Shown here: piece after piece, positions 36,467 to 46,887 of the stretch
How positions within the stretch are numbered: the first letter of the stretch is position 1
Layout of the letters: each line of letters opens with the position of its first letter
Source of the DNA: Mariniphaga sp.
Lineage (GTDB): Bacteria; Bacteroidota; Bacteroidia; Bacteroidales; Prolixibacteraceae
DNA: 47,172 nt
Direction of reading: 5' to 3'
Assembly (NCBI GenBank): GCA_036350775.1
Contig: JAZBNQ010000034.1
Location: forward strand, 1-47,172
Position numbers and translations under genes: made by a program
The notes under the pieces: generated by a model
Told to the model about the DNA's origin: nothing
The model's input: only the letters and a program-made list of their open reading frames with translations
The model's database searches: none

Positions 36467-37573
36467 ATGTTATTTAAAGAACTCTTTCTTAACATACTTT
36501 CATTTACTTTAGCATTTTCAATAGCTATAATAGTTGTTCCTCCTATTTTAAGGGTTGCACATGCCAAAAAACTTTTTGATTCATTTAATGATCGAAAAAT
36601 CCATAAACAAATCGTTCCTCCGCTTGGAGGAGTTGGCATTTTTCTCGGCTTTGTGCTTAGCACTATAATTTCATCTGACGGTTATAGTTTTGATTCTCTT
36701 AAATACATTATTGCTTCAGTTATTCTAATGTTCTTTATCGGCCTCAAAGATGATCTTATGGATATTTCAGCCCGAAAAAAATTTATAATCCAAATTTTTG
36801 CTGCCGTTCTGTTAACCAGTTTAGGTAATTTTCATATTTCAAATTTGCATGGTTTTTTAGGGTTTTACCAGATAAATTATGCAACTGGAACAATACTCAC
36901 TCTTTTTATAATGATTGCAATAATTAATGCTTTTAATTTGATTGACGGGATAGATGGCCTTGCATCAGGATTAGGTATGTTGGCATCTTTTGTTTTCGGA
37001 ACATGGTTCTTTTTAGCAGGATACACCAGATTCTCCATCATGTCTTTTGCACTTACAGGAAGTCTTGCCGGCTTTTTTCTCTATAATGTATTTGGCAAAA
37101 AGAACAAAATGTTTATGGGAGACACGGGATCATTGATTGTAGGACTGATTGTGGCAGGTTTGGTAATCAAATTTAATGAATTCAATGTTGTAAAAACAGT
37201 CCCTTATGCTATTGGCGCTGCACCAGCTGTTTCGTTTGCCATAGTTATTGTTCCTTTAATTGATACCCTTAGAGTTATTACAATAAGACTTTTGAACGGG
37301 AAATCACCATTTTCAGCCGATAAGAATCATATTCACCACAGATTGCTGGAACTAGCACCACATCATCTTACCGTTACACTTATTATTCTTGCCGGAAACA
37401 TTTTTATTATTGGTCTTGCACTGCTTTTTAATAATATTTCCTTTAATGTAACGCTTCAGTTCCTTTTCATTTTCTTAACGGGTATTGCTCTCTCACTTGT
37501 TCCGTCTCTAATATTAAGGTGGAAAAAGGCAAGGTCTAACAGCATATTTAGCTTAGTTAAACAAGTTGGGTGA
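36467..37573 (+). CDS. WecA/TagO-like UDP-GlcNAc:undecaprenyl-phosphate GlcNAc-1-P transferase (MraY family)
   Basis: RKIH..VPPLGG, GLKDD, NAFNLIDGIDGLA, MFMGDTGS and ADKNHIHH. Confidence 0.92.
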   Translation: MLFKELFLNILSFTLAFSIAIIVVPPILRVAHAKKLFDSFNDRKIHKQIVPPLGGVGIFLGFVLSTIISSDGYSFDSLKYIIASVILMFFIGLKDDLMDISARKKFIIQIFAAVLLTSLGNFHISNLHGFLGFYQINYATGTILTLFIMIAIINAFNLIDGIDGLASGLGMLASFVFGTWFFLAGYTRFSIMSFALTGSLAGFFLYNVFGKKNKMFMGDTGSLIVGLIVAGLVIKFNEFNVVKTVPYAIGAAPAVSFAIVIVPLIDTLRVITIRLLNGKSPFSADKNHIHHRLLELAPHHLTVTLIILAGNIFIIGLALLFNNISFNVTLQFLFIFLTGIALSLVPSLILRWKKARSNSIFSLVKQVG

Positions 37574-37622
37574 AATTTTTCCTGATTTAATTTTTTCTTT
37601 TTTCTAAACCGCAATATTCCAA

Positions 37623-39389
37623 TTACAACTGAATTATCAGAACAGTTTCTTTTTCGTCACGAAGGATATCCACAGAAATAGTTTGCCCGGCTTCCAGGGT
37701 TTGCAACCGGTTCATGTAGTCGTAAATATTTCCCACTTTTTTCCCATCAATTGCGGTAATGATGTCGCCTTTTTTTATGCCACCCAAATCAGCAGGTTTG
37801 CCTTTGGTCACGGCATCAATGCGTAGGCCCCTGTCTTCGAGTCCGGCATAGTCTGGCATAACTCCCAGCGATACTTTAAATCGTCCAGCCCGGCTACGTT
37901 GAAATTTAGCACCTGCTTCCTGAAAAGTCAGGGCACTGTCACGTGTCGCTAATTCGTGAACAAGTAAATGAGCAAATTCAGCAACTTTTTTAGCCCCAAT
38001 GTAATTTATGGCATCAGCATCGTCATAGGGTGTGTGGTATTCTGAATGAGCTCCAGTAGAAATAAAAAACACCGGGATATCCTGCAAATAAAAAGAAGCA
38101 TGGTCAGAAGGCCCAATACCTTCGCCGGACATTGCCAGTTTAAATCCAGGATTCAGCCGGGTAATTATTTCTTCCGTTTCCTTTGCAGTTTGAGTCCCTC
38201 CAATACTTATTGCATTGCTAACGGAATCGAACCGGCCAACCATATCGAAATTAAACATGGCAATCATATTTTCTGTGTTAACCGGTGGGTTTGCAGTAAA
38301 GGCTTTTGAGCCTACCAAGCCCATTTCTTCAGCACCAAAGGCAGCGAAGATAATGCTTCTTCTGTTTTTCTTTTCGCCGGCCAGTTTTTCGGCCAGTTCA
38401 ATAACTGCTGCAACTCCTGAAGCATTGTCATCTGCGCCATAATGAACAGCCAGAGTATCCAGTGCTCTTGAACCAGAACCCGGTCCACCCATTCCTAAAT
38501 GGTCGTAATGCGCGCCAACAATAACATATTCATCCTTCAATTCGGAATCAATACCTGGTAAAAGTGCAGCAACATTCTGAGATTCGGTTTTTTCCATCTC
38601 AACATTAACTTCTGAAGAAACCCAGCATTCAGTTTCAAAAGCAATGCTGGTATTATTTTCTTTTATTTCAGATTCAAGCGTTTCAATGGTGAATCCTGTT
38701 TCTTTTAATATTGCATTAGCGACTTTGCGGGTAACCTGAATTACAGGAATGGAATACCTGCTTACATTTTTATCGAAAAACAGCGGAGACAATTCATCTT
38801 TCTCACTAAATGTTTCGCCGGCAACTAAAATTAAACCGGCAGCATTTTTATCGGTAGCTTTTAACGCCTTGGCCCGTTCTGTTGAAAACTCAACGAAAGG
38901 ACTTTGCGGGTTTTCCAGGTCAGGATCTCCCTGAAATGCCAAAATCCATTTTCCTGCAACATCAACATTTTCAAAATCATCCCATATTAACGTATCCTGA
39001 TCCACTTCCAATCCATAACCAGCAAAAACAACTGGTGCCTCAACATTAATATTGGCAGAAAATGCATAAGGCAAAAAATCCGATTCAACCTGAAAGCTTT
39101 CACCTTCGATTTCGAGTAGATTTTTCTCTCCCAACCTGGCAGAAGTAACCAACTCAAATTTCTGAAAGCCATTTTCGAAAAGCAATTGAAGTCCTGCATT
39201 TTCAAATTTCTCCCGAATAAAAACCGCAGCCAGTCTATCACCCGGTTCTCCTGTTTTTCTTCCTTTAAGTGAATCAGAGGCAAGATAGTAAATTGATTTT
39301 TGCAGATCTTCAACTGTAATTTCAGGATTGAACTTTGACGAACAGGAAGCCGCAACAATTAAAAAAAGAGCATAAAAAATATTTTTCAT
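37623..39389 (-). CDS. M28 family aminopeptidase lipoprotein with PA and PDZ domains
   Basis: Lipobox AASC, GAHYDHLG, GADDNASG, AEEMGLVGS, NFDMVG, SDH, EYHTP.DD and a C-terminal PDZ (LGVMPD...GDII). ATG at 39389 preferred. Confidence 0.92.
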   Translation of the reverse strand: MKNIFYALFLIVAASCSSKFNPEITVEDLQKSIYYLASDSLKGRKTGEPGDRLAAVFIREKFENAGLQLLFENGFQKFELVTSARLGEKNLLEIEGESFQVESDFLPYAFSANINVEAPVVFAGYGLEVDQDTLIWDDFENVDVAGKWILAFQGDPDLENPQSPFVEFSTERAKALKATDKNAAGLILVAGETFSEKDELSPLFFDKNVSRYSIPVIQVTRKVANAILKETGFTIETLESEIKENNTSIAFETECWVSSEVNVEMEKTESQNVAALLPGIDSELKDEYVIVGAHYDHLGMGGPGSGSRALDTLAVHYGADDNASGVAAVIELAEKLAGEKKNRRSIIFAAFGAEEMGLVGSKAFTANPPVNTENMIAMFNFDMVGRFDSVSNAISIGGTQTAKETEEIITRLNPGFKLAMSGEGIGPSDHASFYLQDIPVFFISTGAHSEYHTPYDDADAINYIGAKKVAEFAHLLVHELATRDSALTFQEAGAKFQRSRAGRFKVSLGVMPDYAGLEDRGLRIDAVTKGKPADLGGIKKGDIITAIDGKKVGNIYDYMNRLQTLEAGQTISVDILRDEKETVLIIQL

Positions 39390-39527
39390 TTGATATGTCA
39401 ATTTATAAAATCTGAATTCGTTTTCATTTTATTTTCCCATATAAAAGAAAGGTAATAATACGCAATATTCGCCGTATTAAAAAGGAGTTATGTATATTTA
39501 CGACCGCTAATAAAAAAGGGATTTACT

Positions 39528-41615
39528 TTGATTTCATTCGGAATAAAATATTGGTTTGTTTTTTTACTTTTATTGCTGGCCGCTGCTGCCGGAATTGTTT
39601 TTTTGCTCTATTTCAGAAATAAAGACAACCAGGAATTGACTAAAAAACAAAGAACTATTTTAATGATTCTTCGTTTTTTTTCGTTTTCCCTAATCGCGTT
39701 TTTGTTATTGTCTCCCTTCATAAAAAGTCTGAAAAAAATGGTGCAAAATCCTCTGATTATTGCTGCCTGGGATAACTCCGGCTCTGTTACCTCAACCGGC
39801 GATTCGCTGCAACTAACCAGTGAAATAACTCAACTTAAAAACAGAATTTCTGATGAACTGGGTAATAATTACAATTTAATTCATTATACCTTTGGTCAGG
39901 AAACAAAATTTGATGGCGAAATTAATTTTTCAGAAAAGAAATCTGATTATAGTAATCTTATTAACACTCTGAACAACAACCATTTTAATGAAAATATCGG
40001 GGCATTGCTTTTAGCAGGAGATGGCATTTACAACCAGGGAAAAAATCCGGTGAATATGCTGGAAAACATTAATTTCCCGGTTTACAGCATCGGACTTGGC
40101 GATACCACCGAAATAACAGATGCACGTATTCAGAGCATAAAAGCAAACCGTACGTCTTTTTCCGGCAACCGTTTTCCGGTTGAAATTGATACCCGCTTTT
40201 TAAAACTGCAAAACAGCTCGTTAAGGTTAACTGTGTATGAGGATGAAAAAGAGGTTGCCCAAACTGTTATTACACCATCAACCAACGACTATTTTCAAAC
40301 TCAACAATTTATATTGGATGCTGGAAATCCGGGACTCAAGCAATTTACCGTAACAATTGAAATTGCTGAAAATGAAAAAAACACCAAAAACAATACCGAT
40401 TACTTTGTTGTAAATGTACTCGAAAACAAACAAAAAGTACTTATACTTTCCGATGGAGCTCATCCCGACATTGGTGCTATAAAAAACACACTTGAACAAC
40501 AAAAATCCTACGAAGTTTCTGTGTTCACTGATGAACCCTACCCTTCCAATTTTTCTGATTTTAACCTTATTATTTTGAATCAGTTACCAACTTCAGGAAA
40601 ATCAATGGCCAACATTCTTGAAAGTGAGTCGAACTTAAAGGTACCGCTGCTTTTTATTGTTGGCAGCAAAACTTTCCTGCCTCAATTAAATGCGCTGGCG
40701 CACGGAGCAACAGTACAACCACGGGCAGGTATGGCAGAGGAGGCGCAGGCGTTTATAAATCCGGCTTATGCAAATTTTACATTAAGTGAAAATTTCCGCG
40801 ACGTCCTTATTAAGTTTCCTCCGCTCATGGTACCTTTTGCCAATTATCAGCTTGAACCTGAATTTAACACGCTGTTTTTTCAGAAAATCAAAAACATTGA
40901 AACTGGCAAACCTTTAGTTTCAACAGGAATTTTTAAGGGGAAAAAAGTTGGTTTTATTTTTGGCGAAGGAATTTGGCGCTGGAGGCTGAATAATTATTTC
41001 CAAAACCAAACCCATGACCAGTTTAACGAACTCGTAAATCAGTTGGTTCAATATCTTGCTCTGCGTGAGAATGAGGATAATTTCATTGTAAATTACGACC
41101 TGGTTTATACTGAAATTGACCCGGTGATATTTAGTGCAGAAGTTTATAACGATATTTTTGAACGCATTACGAATGAAGAGGTTACAATTGTGCTAAGTAA
41201 CAAAAACGGGAATGAACTGGATTTTACTTTTGATGTGCGCAACAACGGCTATTATCTGAATGCCGGTAATTTGCCCGTTGGAAATTACACTTTTAATGCC
41301 GAAGTTAAGGTTGGGAATCAAACTTATTCGGAAACAGGTAGTTTTGCCGTAACGGCAATTAACCTCGAAAATATTGTAACACAAGCCAACCACCGGATGT
41401 TGTATCAGTTATCGGCACAAACAGGAGGCTCGTTTTTCACACAAAACGAAGTTAACCAAGCTATTGAAGAACTTAAAAACAGCAACAGCCTGAAGCCGGT
41501 AAGTTATTTCCAGGAAATGATTACTGAATTATTGAACCTCAGGTGGCTGTTTTTTGTAGTGTTAATGTTGTTAAGTGTGGAATGGTTTTTGAGAAAATAC
41601 TGGGGTATTTACTAA
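39528..41615 (+). CDS. Membrane-anchored vWA-like / Ig-like / GATase-like multidomain protein
   Basis: Two N-terminal TM segments (LR...LLSP), MIDAS-like DNSGS, GDGIYNQG, PVYSIGLG, E.NTKNN, GIWRWR and C-terminal TM with EWFLRKYWG. Confidence 0.7.
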   Translation: MISFGIKYWFVFLLLLLAAAAGIVFLLYFRNKDNQELTKKQRTILMILRFFSFSLIAFLLLSPFIKSLKKMVQNPLIIAAWDNSGSVTSTGDSLQLTSEITQLKNRISDELGNNYNLIHYTFGQETKFDGEINFSEKKSDYSNLINTLNNNHFNENIGALLLAGDGIYNQGKNPVNMLENINFPVYSIGLGDTTEITDARIQSIKANRTSFSGNRFPVEIDTRFLKLQNSSLRLTVYEDEKEVAQTVITPSTNDYFQTQQFILDAGNPGLKQFTVTIEIAENEKNTKNNTDYFVVNVLENKQKVLILSDGAHPDIGAIKNTLEQQKSYEVSVFTDEPYPSNFSDFNLIILNQLPTSGKSMANILESESNLKVPLLFIVGSKTFLPQLNALAHGATVQPRAGMAEEAQAFINPAYANFTLSENFRDVLIKFPPLMVPFANYQLEPEFNTLFFQKIKNIETGKPLVSTGIFKGKKVGFIFGEGIWRWRLNNYFQNQTHDQFNELVNQLVQYLALRENEDNFIVNYDLVYTEIDPVIFSAEVYNDIFERITNEEVTIVLSNKNGNELDFTFDVRNNGYYLNAGNLPVGNYTFNAEVKVGNQTYSETGSFAVTAINLENIVTQANHRMLYQLSAQTGGSFFTQNEVNQAIEELKNSNSLKPVSYFQEMITELLNLRWLFFVVLMLLSVEWFLRKYWGIY

Positions 41616-41631
41616 AGGAGACTTTCAATTC

Positions 41632-42687
41632 ATGAAAAGATATTTGAAAAAAAGCATAAAACCGGGAATGTTACTTCTGTTGGCATTGCTGGCTTTTTCA
41701 TGCATTTCAACCCGCACCCTTGTAATCGACATTCCGCAACCTGCTGCCGGTGAATTGCCGGAAAATATTCAAAGTCTGACACTGGTAACGCAGGCAGTTG
41801 ATGAAAAATTCACCAACCTGGATTCAGATTCGCTGCAAAATATTTTTTACAAACAAAGGTTCAACCTCGATACTGTAATTTACGATCTCCAGGCAGCCGA
41901 CACTACCCTAAAAGCTTTGGGTGAATTGCTTTTTGAATCGGGCCGGTATGATTATGTTATTCCTGAAAACAGGTTTTTGGATTCTCCCGGAACTTCGCTG
42001 CTGGCAAAAGAAATACCATGGGAAAAAGTTGAAGAACTCTGCGAAACTTTTCAAACTGATGCAGTTCTTTCGCTTGACCATTTAAAAACAAGAGTAATTA
42101 CCAGCTTTGATAATGAATCATTTTTTGATCCGTTTCAGGGCGGATTTAACTCAGCAGCCAGGGCCGGAATGAAAATTCAGTACGAAACACTGTTTCGGGT
42201 TTATGATCCGGCACAAGAGAAAGTGCATCTCAGGCAATTTATTACCGATACGTTATATTGGGAAGATGCTGATGTTTCGGCACGAAGTTTATTTAACCGA
42301 TTTACTCCTGTAAAACAAGCACTTACCGAAACAGGAATTGTAATAGCACTCGAACTTACTGATAAAATTGCCATTCGCTGGCGACCTGAAAGACGAACTT
42401 ATTTTATAAAAGGAAATTCAGAACTTCGGCAGGCCAATCAGATTGCACAAAGTGGTGACTGGCAAACCGCTATTGAAAAATGGAAAGAAATTGCCGAAAA
42501 TGCAGGGTCAAAAACGCTAAAAAGCAAAGCCCAGCTAAATGTTGCATTGGGTTACGAAATTTTAGGAAATATTGATTTGGCAATTCAGTGGGGATTAAAT
42601 TCATACAATACCATGTACCGCCCGCTTACTTATGAGTATCTCGAAACCTTAAAACGAAGGAAAAACGAACTAAAAGCAGCGGAATGA
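41632..42687 (+). CDS. TPR-containing lipoprotein (DUF6340-like), paralog 1
   Basis: Lipobox AFSC, DTLYW, W....RTYF and GDWQTAIEKW...AQLNVALGYE. Confidence 0.7.
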   Translation: MKRYLKKSIKPGMLLLLALLAFSCISTRTLVIDIPQPAAGELPENIQSLTLVTQAVDEKFTNLDSDSLQNIFYKQRFNLDTVIYDLQAADTTLKALGELLFESGRYDYVIPENRFLDSPGTSLLAKEIPWEKVEELCETFQTDAVLSLDHLKTRVITSFDNESFFDPFQGGFNSAARAGMKIQYETLFRVYDPAQEKVHLRQFITDTLYWEDADVSARSLFNRFTPVKQALTETGIVIALELTDKIAIRWRPERRTYFIKGNSELRQANQIAQSGDWQTAIEKWKEIAENAGSKTLKSKAQLNVALGYEILGNIDLAIQWGLNSYNTMYRPLTYEYLETLKRRKNELKAAE

Positions 42688-43727
42688 AAGCAAAAGTTTA
42701 TCCCATATTTTTTATTTTACTGTTGCTTGCATCGTGTACTGTTTATAAGGAATACCCCATTGAAATTTACAAGCCGGGTGAGGCCAATATTCCTCCTTCG
42801 GCAAAAAACGCAGCCATTGTTTACCGTAATTTCAAATATCGGGGCGACACGCTTCAAAACTACTACAAAAATGATTTTTTGCTGGTTAAAGCTAAAAACG
42901 ACCCAAAAAATCTGGACAGCCTTCTGGTAACAGCCTGCATAAACGAATTGGCAACCGATTTGAAAAGCAATAATGCTTTTGAAGAGGTGTACATTTTCCC
43001 CACAAATATTTTTGAAAGGCACACGGGTGAACATTTATCAGAACTTCCAACGGAATTAATAGAGAATGTTGCCCAGGCGTCGGATGTTGAATTAATAATT
43101 GTACTGGAAACATTTTCTTCTTTTTTCTCAACTTATCCGCAAACCTTTGACACTCCAACAACCAACGAGGTAATTACCGTTGCAGTGTGGGGAATTTACG
43201 ACCCGGTAAAAAAGGTGAATGTTGAACGAAAAACCATGATCGATACAGTATTTTGGAATGGTTACGACGACAAAGGGAATTACCGGAAAGGTTACACACC
43301 ACCACCCCGCCTCACCGCTTTAGAAATGGCTTCGGCTTTAGCAGGAGAAAATTATGCCAAACGGTTTTATGCCACATGGCAAACCGTTAACCGTATGTAT
43401 TCCGTTCCGCCACTGCCGGATTTTTCTGATGCAGCATTTTATTTTGAAGAAGGAAAATGGGACCAGGCCATTGCGCTCTGGCAAAAATATGCCGACGACA
43501 GTAACGGAAAAATGGCCATTAATGCCCGATACAACCTGGCACTGGCGTATGAATTAAAAGACGATTTGGAAACGGCACAAAAATGGCTGACGGCTGCACA
43601 TCATCTTGCGTCGACTTATAAAAGCCGAGACGACATCAAAATGATTCTAACTTACCAGAAAATTCTGGATTCCCGAAGGATGGAGCTTTTGAAACTCAAA
43701 AGAAACCAAAATGAAAATCTTCCCTAA
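42684..43727 (+). CDS. TPR-containing lipoprotein (DUF6340-like), paralog 2
   Basis: Lipobox LASC, DTVFW, WQTVNRMY and GKWDQAIALW...ARYNLALAYE; ATGA overlap with paralog 1. Confidence 0.7.
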   Translation: MKAKVYPIFFILLLLASCTVYKEYPIEIYKPGEANIPPSAKNAAIVYRNFKYRGDTLQNYYKNDFLLVKAKNDPKNLDSLLVTACINELATDLKSNNAFEEVYIFPTNIFERHTGEHLSELPTELIENVAQASDVELIIVLETFSSFFSTYPQTFDTPTTNEVITVAVWGIYDPVKKVNVERKTMIDTVFWNGYDDKGNYRKGYTPPPRLTALEMASALAGENYAKRFYATWQTVNRMYSVPPLPDFSDAAFYFEEGKWDQAIALWQKYADDSNGKMAINARYNLALAYELKDDLETAQKWLTAAHHLASTYKSRDDIKMILTYQKILDSRRMELLKLKRNQNENLP

Positions 43728-44904
43728 GGTTAAAATTCTGGTTTTTGCCGGGATAATTTTATCCGGATGCAACACATTATACAACTCCAAAGCAATTAAC
43801 ATTGAAATTTTTGTTCCTGCGAAAGCGATTTTTCCTAAAAAAATAGACACAATTGCCATTCGTTTCAACAATATTAATTCAGATTATAACCCCAAATTTG
43901 CTGAGTACATTAAAAACAATAATCGACTTGTTGACTCTATTAATACAGATAGTGCAGCGGCAGAGATTTATTATGAATATTTTCTTCAAAGATTAAAAAA
44001 CAGTTCTTACTTCGAATCAATAATTGAGATTGAACGCTTTGATTATTCGAAAATTATACTATCAGATTCTCTTTTAAAACCTGGGTTGTTTTTAGTAAAA
44101 GATAGTTTAATTACTGATACAATACCTGAAAAATATAAACCGGTTACCAATTTCTGGTCGCTGGCAGGTCATTTTCAGCCTCAAAAAGAAAATGGAACGG
44201 TAAAATATTTAGATCCGGAATTGGTTCTATATACCAAAGAGGAACTTGTCCAGATGGCAGATTCTGCAAATGCAAAATTACTTTTGTCACTGGATTATTT
44301 CACAACAGTTGACAGAAGTTCAGGAATTAGCGTAAATCGACCCACCGGTTTTTTGGATGTATTTGTTATTTCTTACTGGAATTTTTATGATTTAGAGAAT
44401 TCGAGGCTTTCCTATTTTTATGATCGTGTTGATACGGTTTCCTGGGAGTTATTTCATAGAAATGAAGAAATTCCGAATCGAAGGGAAGGTATTTTGGAAG
44501 CAGCAGAAATTTCGGGACACAATTTTGCTGAATTTCTTGTTCCACACTGGATTGCCGTAGAACGATTATATTACCGGTCGGGCCAAATCGAACTTAAAAA
44601 AACAGACAACCTTGTAGCGGAAGGAAAATGGCTGGAAGCAGCAGAAATCTGGCGAAAATATGTTGAAAACCCGAACAAAAATATTGCTGCTAAATGCAAG
44701 TTCAACATGGCGCTTGCCTGTGAAATGCTGGGCCAGTTAGATGCTGCAGTTGACTGGGCAGTGCAGTCATACCATGTATTTGGACAAAAAAACCCGGTGC
44801 ACGAACAAAACAGCCTGGAATACATAAACATCCTGAACCAGCGAAAATTGGATGTTAAACGGATTGAATACCAGTTTAATCCGGAATCAGTTTCCTTAAA
44901 ATAA
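43711..44904 (+). CDS. TPR-containing lipoprotein (DUF6340-like), paralog 3
   Basis: Lipobox LSGC, DTVSW, WIAVERLYY and GKWLEAAEIW...CKFNMALACE; 17-nt overlap with paralog 2. Confidence 0.7.
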   Translation: MKIFPKVKILVFAGIILSGCNTLYNSKAINIEIFVPAKAIFPKKIDTIAIRFNNINSDYNPKFAEYIKNNNRLVDSINTDSAAAEIYYEYFLQRLKNSSYFESIIEIERFDYSKIILSDSLLKPGLFLVKDSLITDTIPEKYKPVTNFWSLAGHFQPQKENGTVKYLDPELVLYTKEELVQMADSANAKLLLSLDYFTTVDRSSGISVNRPTGFLDVFVISYWNFYDLENSRLSYFYDRVDTVSWELFHRNEEIPNRREGILEAAEISGHNFAEFLVPHWIAVERLYYRSGQIELKKTDNLVAEGKWLEAAEIWRKYVENPNKNIAAKCKFNMALACEMLGQLDAAVDWAVQSYHVFGQKNPVHEQNSLEYINILNQRKLDVKRIEYQFNPESVSLK

Positions 44905-44938
44905 AAACAACTGATCCGTTTTGGACCAGCTGTTTTTT
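44904..44938 (-). terminator. Terminator hairpin between the convergent lipoprotein operon and the GH51 gene
   Basis: Minus strand aaaacagctggtcc pairs with ggatcagttgtttt using two G-U pairs; on the plus strand these are A-C mismatches. Confidence 0.6.
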
Positions 44939-45004
44939 CTAAAATTTTTAAAAGCTCCTAATGTTATTTTAAACGTGTTTTGTCATTTCAAAGTTGACAA
45001 AGCA

Positions 45005-46549
45005 TTAATTCAACTCCAGCAATACAATTGATTTTGAAGGAAGATTAACGGTAAGTGAGTTTCCTTTCACTTTTACATCGTTGAAACTTTTTGAAAAAAC
45101 TTCTTCCGGTTTTCCAAAATCGTTGTATGCATTTACTTTTTCTGCAGTAACTATTTCGCCTCGTTCAAAAACCAATTTATCAAGTCCCCGCAATTCACAA
45201 GAGATGCTCACAGCCTTGTTAGGATTCAGGTTGCTAATGGTCAGATGAATTTTCCCGTCTTCCGATTTAGATGCAGAAGTTGAAATTGCAGGAATACTTT
45301 TGCCTTCCAATTCGTAATTCTCCGAAACCACATCGGTTGGCAACATCGTTGCATCGTGGTGGGCTTTATACATTTTGAACACGTAAAAGGTTGGTGTTTT
45401 TACAATTTCAGCTTCTTTTGTGAGAATCATTGCCTGAAGCACATTTACGGTTTGGGCAATATTTGCCATTTTCACGCGGTGGCAATATTTGTTAAACAGG
45501 TCGAGATTAACGGCTGCCACCATGGCATCGCGCAGGGTATTTTGCTGGTATAGGAAACCGGGATTTGTTCCGGGTTCCACATCATGCCAGATTCCCCACT
45601 CGTCAACCATCAGGCCTACCCGGTTCTGCGGATCATACCGATCCATAATGTTGATATGATTCCGCAGCAATTCATCCATGAACAGTGTTTTACTCATCGT
45701 CTGAAAATATTCGCCTTCAGTGAACTGGGTGGCAGAACCTTTTTTGCTCCAGTTGTGGGTAATTGTATAATAGTGCAAAGAAATTCCCTGGAAGCTTCTT
45801 CCGGGATTTCCGTTTTTCATCAGGGTTTCCATCCAGTGGTAATCGGAGTCGCTTGGTCCGCAAGCGATTTTGTACAACCGGTTATCGCCGTAATTTTTGG
45901 TGTAGGTAGAATAGCGGCGCATTTCGTTGGCATAATACTCCGCGGTCATACTACCTCCGCACCCCCAGTTTTCATTACCCAGGTTCCAGTATTTTACGCC
46001 CCATGGCTCTTCCTGCCCGTTGGCTTTGCGCAGATCAGTCATAGGACTAATGTTTCCCGAGTTGAGGTACTCAACCCACTGAGACATTTCCTGAACCGTT
46101 CCGCTGCCCAGGTTTCCGCAGATAACCGGTTCGGCGCCCAGTTGATTGCAAAGTTCCATAAATTCGTGAGTACCAAAGCTGTTGTCTTCGGTAACGCCAC
46201 CCCAATGGGTGTTAATCATAGTTGGCCGTTGGTCGCGCGGACCAATACCGTCCATCCAGTGGTATTCGTCGGCAAAACAGCCTCCGGGCCAGCGCAGGTT
46301 GGGAATTCCCAGTTCGCGTAAGGCATCCACCACATCGTTTCGAACTCCCAGGGTATTGCTGATTTCTGAATCTTCACCTACCCAAAATCCGCCATAAATA
46401 CATCTGCCAAGGTGTTCAGAAAAATGGCCATAAATGTGCCGGCTGATTTTTTCCTTACCAAGGTCGGTGTTCACTACAATTTTGTTTTGTGCCGTTGAAA
46501 AGAGCACGGAAAAAACAAAAACAATGCTGAAAATTCTTTTTAAATTCAT
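45005..46549 (-). CDS. abfA: Alpha-L-arabinofuranosidase, GH51, secreted
   Basis: [35 protein letters not shown] (acid/base Glu), DEWGIW (nucleophile Glu) and [12 protein letters not shown]. Signal peptide follows the ATG at 46549. Confidence 0.93.
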   Translation of the reverse strand: MNLKRIFSIVFVFSVLFSTAQNKIVVNTDLGKEKISRHIYGHFSEHLGRCIYGGFWVGEDSEISNTLGVRNDVVDALRELGIPNLRWPGGCFADEYHWMDGIGPRDQRPTMINTHWGGVTEDNSFGTHEFMELCNQLGAEPVICGNLGSGTVQEMSQWVEYLNSGNISPMTDLRKANGQEEPWGVKYWNLGNENWGCGGSMTAEYYANEMRRYSTYTKNYGDNRLYKIACGPSDSDYHWMETLMKNGNPGRSFQGISLHYYTITHNWSKKGSATQFTEGEYFQTMSKTLFMDELLRNHINIMDRYDPQNRVGLMVDEWGIWHDVEPGTNPGFLYQQNTLRDAMVAAVNLDLFNKYCHRVKMANIAQTVNVLQAMILTKEAEIVKTPTFYVFKMYKAHHDATMLPTDVVSENYELEGKSIPAISTSASKSEDGKIHLTISNLNPNKAVSISCELRGLDKLVFERGEIVTAEKVNAYNDFGKPEEVFSKSFNDVKVKGNSLTVNLPSKSIVLLELN

Positions 46550-46682
46550 TTTACTGGCTTTTGGTTTATACTCATTCATTTTGAAAATAAAGATAGAAAA
46601 AAAGTAATAAATACTTTCATTATTTAAAAAAAATAAAAATGAATGCACGGAAAATTCATCAGACAGGTTCCATGTTTCTGCT

Positions 46683-46846
46683 TATGTTTACAGCAATGTC
46701 AGAACATAAAGGGGAACCGATCCCAGCGGGATCGTATGTTTATAGCAATACCGGGAGTAACCAAGGACCAATTCGACTCCGGCCGGAGTCGCACAAACTC
46801 TTTATTATTGATATTTCAATAAACATTTAATCCCGCCGGGATTAAA
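46683..46846. repeat. Composite REP-like palindromic element
   Basis: Hairpins cgatccc-agc-gggatcg (46718-46734), cgactccggccggagtcg (46774-46791), ttattga-tatt-tcaataa (46805-46822) and tttaatccc-gcc-gggattaaa (46826-46846); inverted pair atgtttat/ataaacat; direct repeat tatgttta[c/t]agcaat. Confidence 0.75.
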
Positions 46847-46887
46847 AAGAGGATCAACAGAATAGCAACCTGAAAGAGATTGTATGT

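Noticed and set aside
45584-46321. 245-aa antisense ORF inside the GH51 gene
   Set aside because: Shadow of a GC-richer coding strand; no recognisable domain.
46639-46830. 63-aa ORF across the REP-like element, or a CRISPR/tRNA reading of the hairpins
   Set aside because: The ORF has no motif. The hairpins are non-identical without regular repeat-spacer periodicity, there are no cas genes, and there is no cloverleaf or T-loop.
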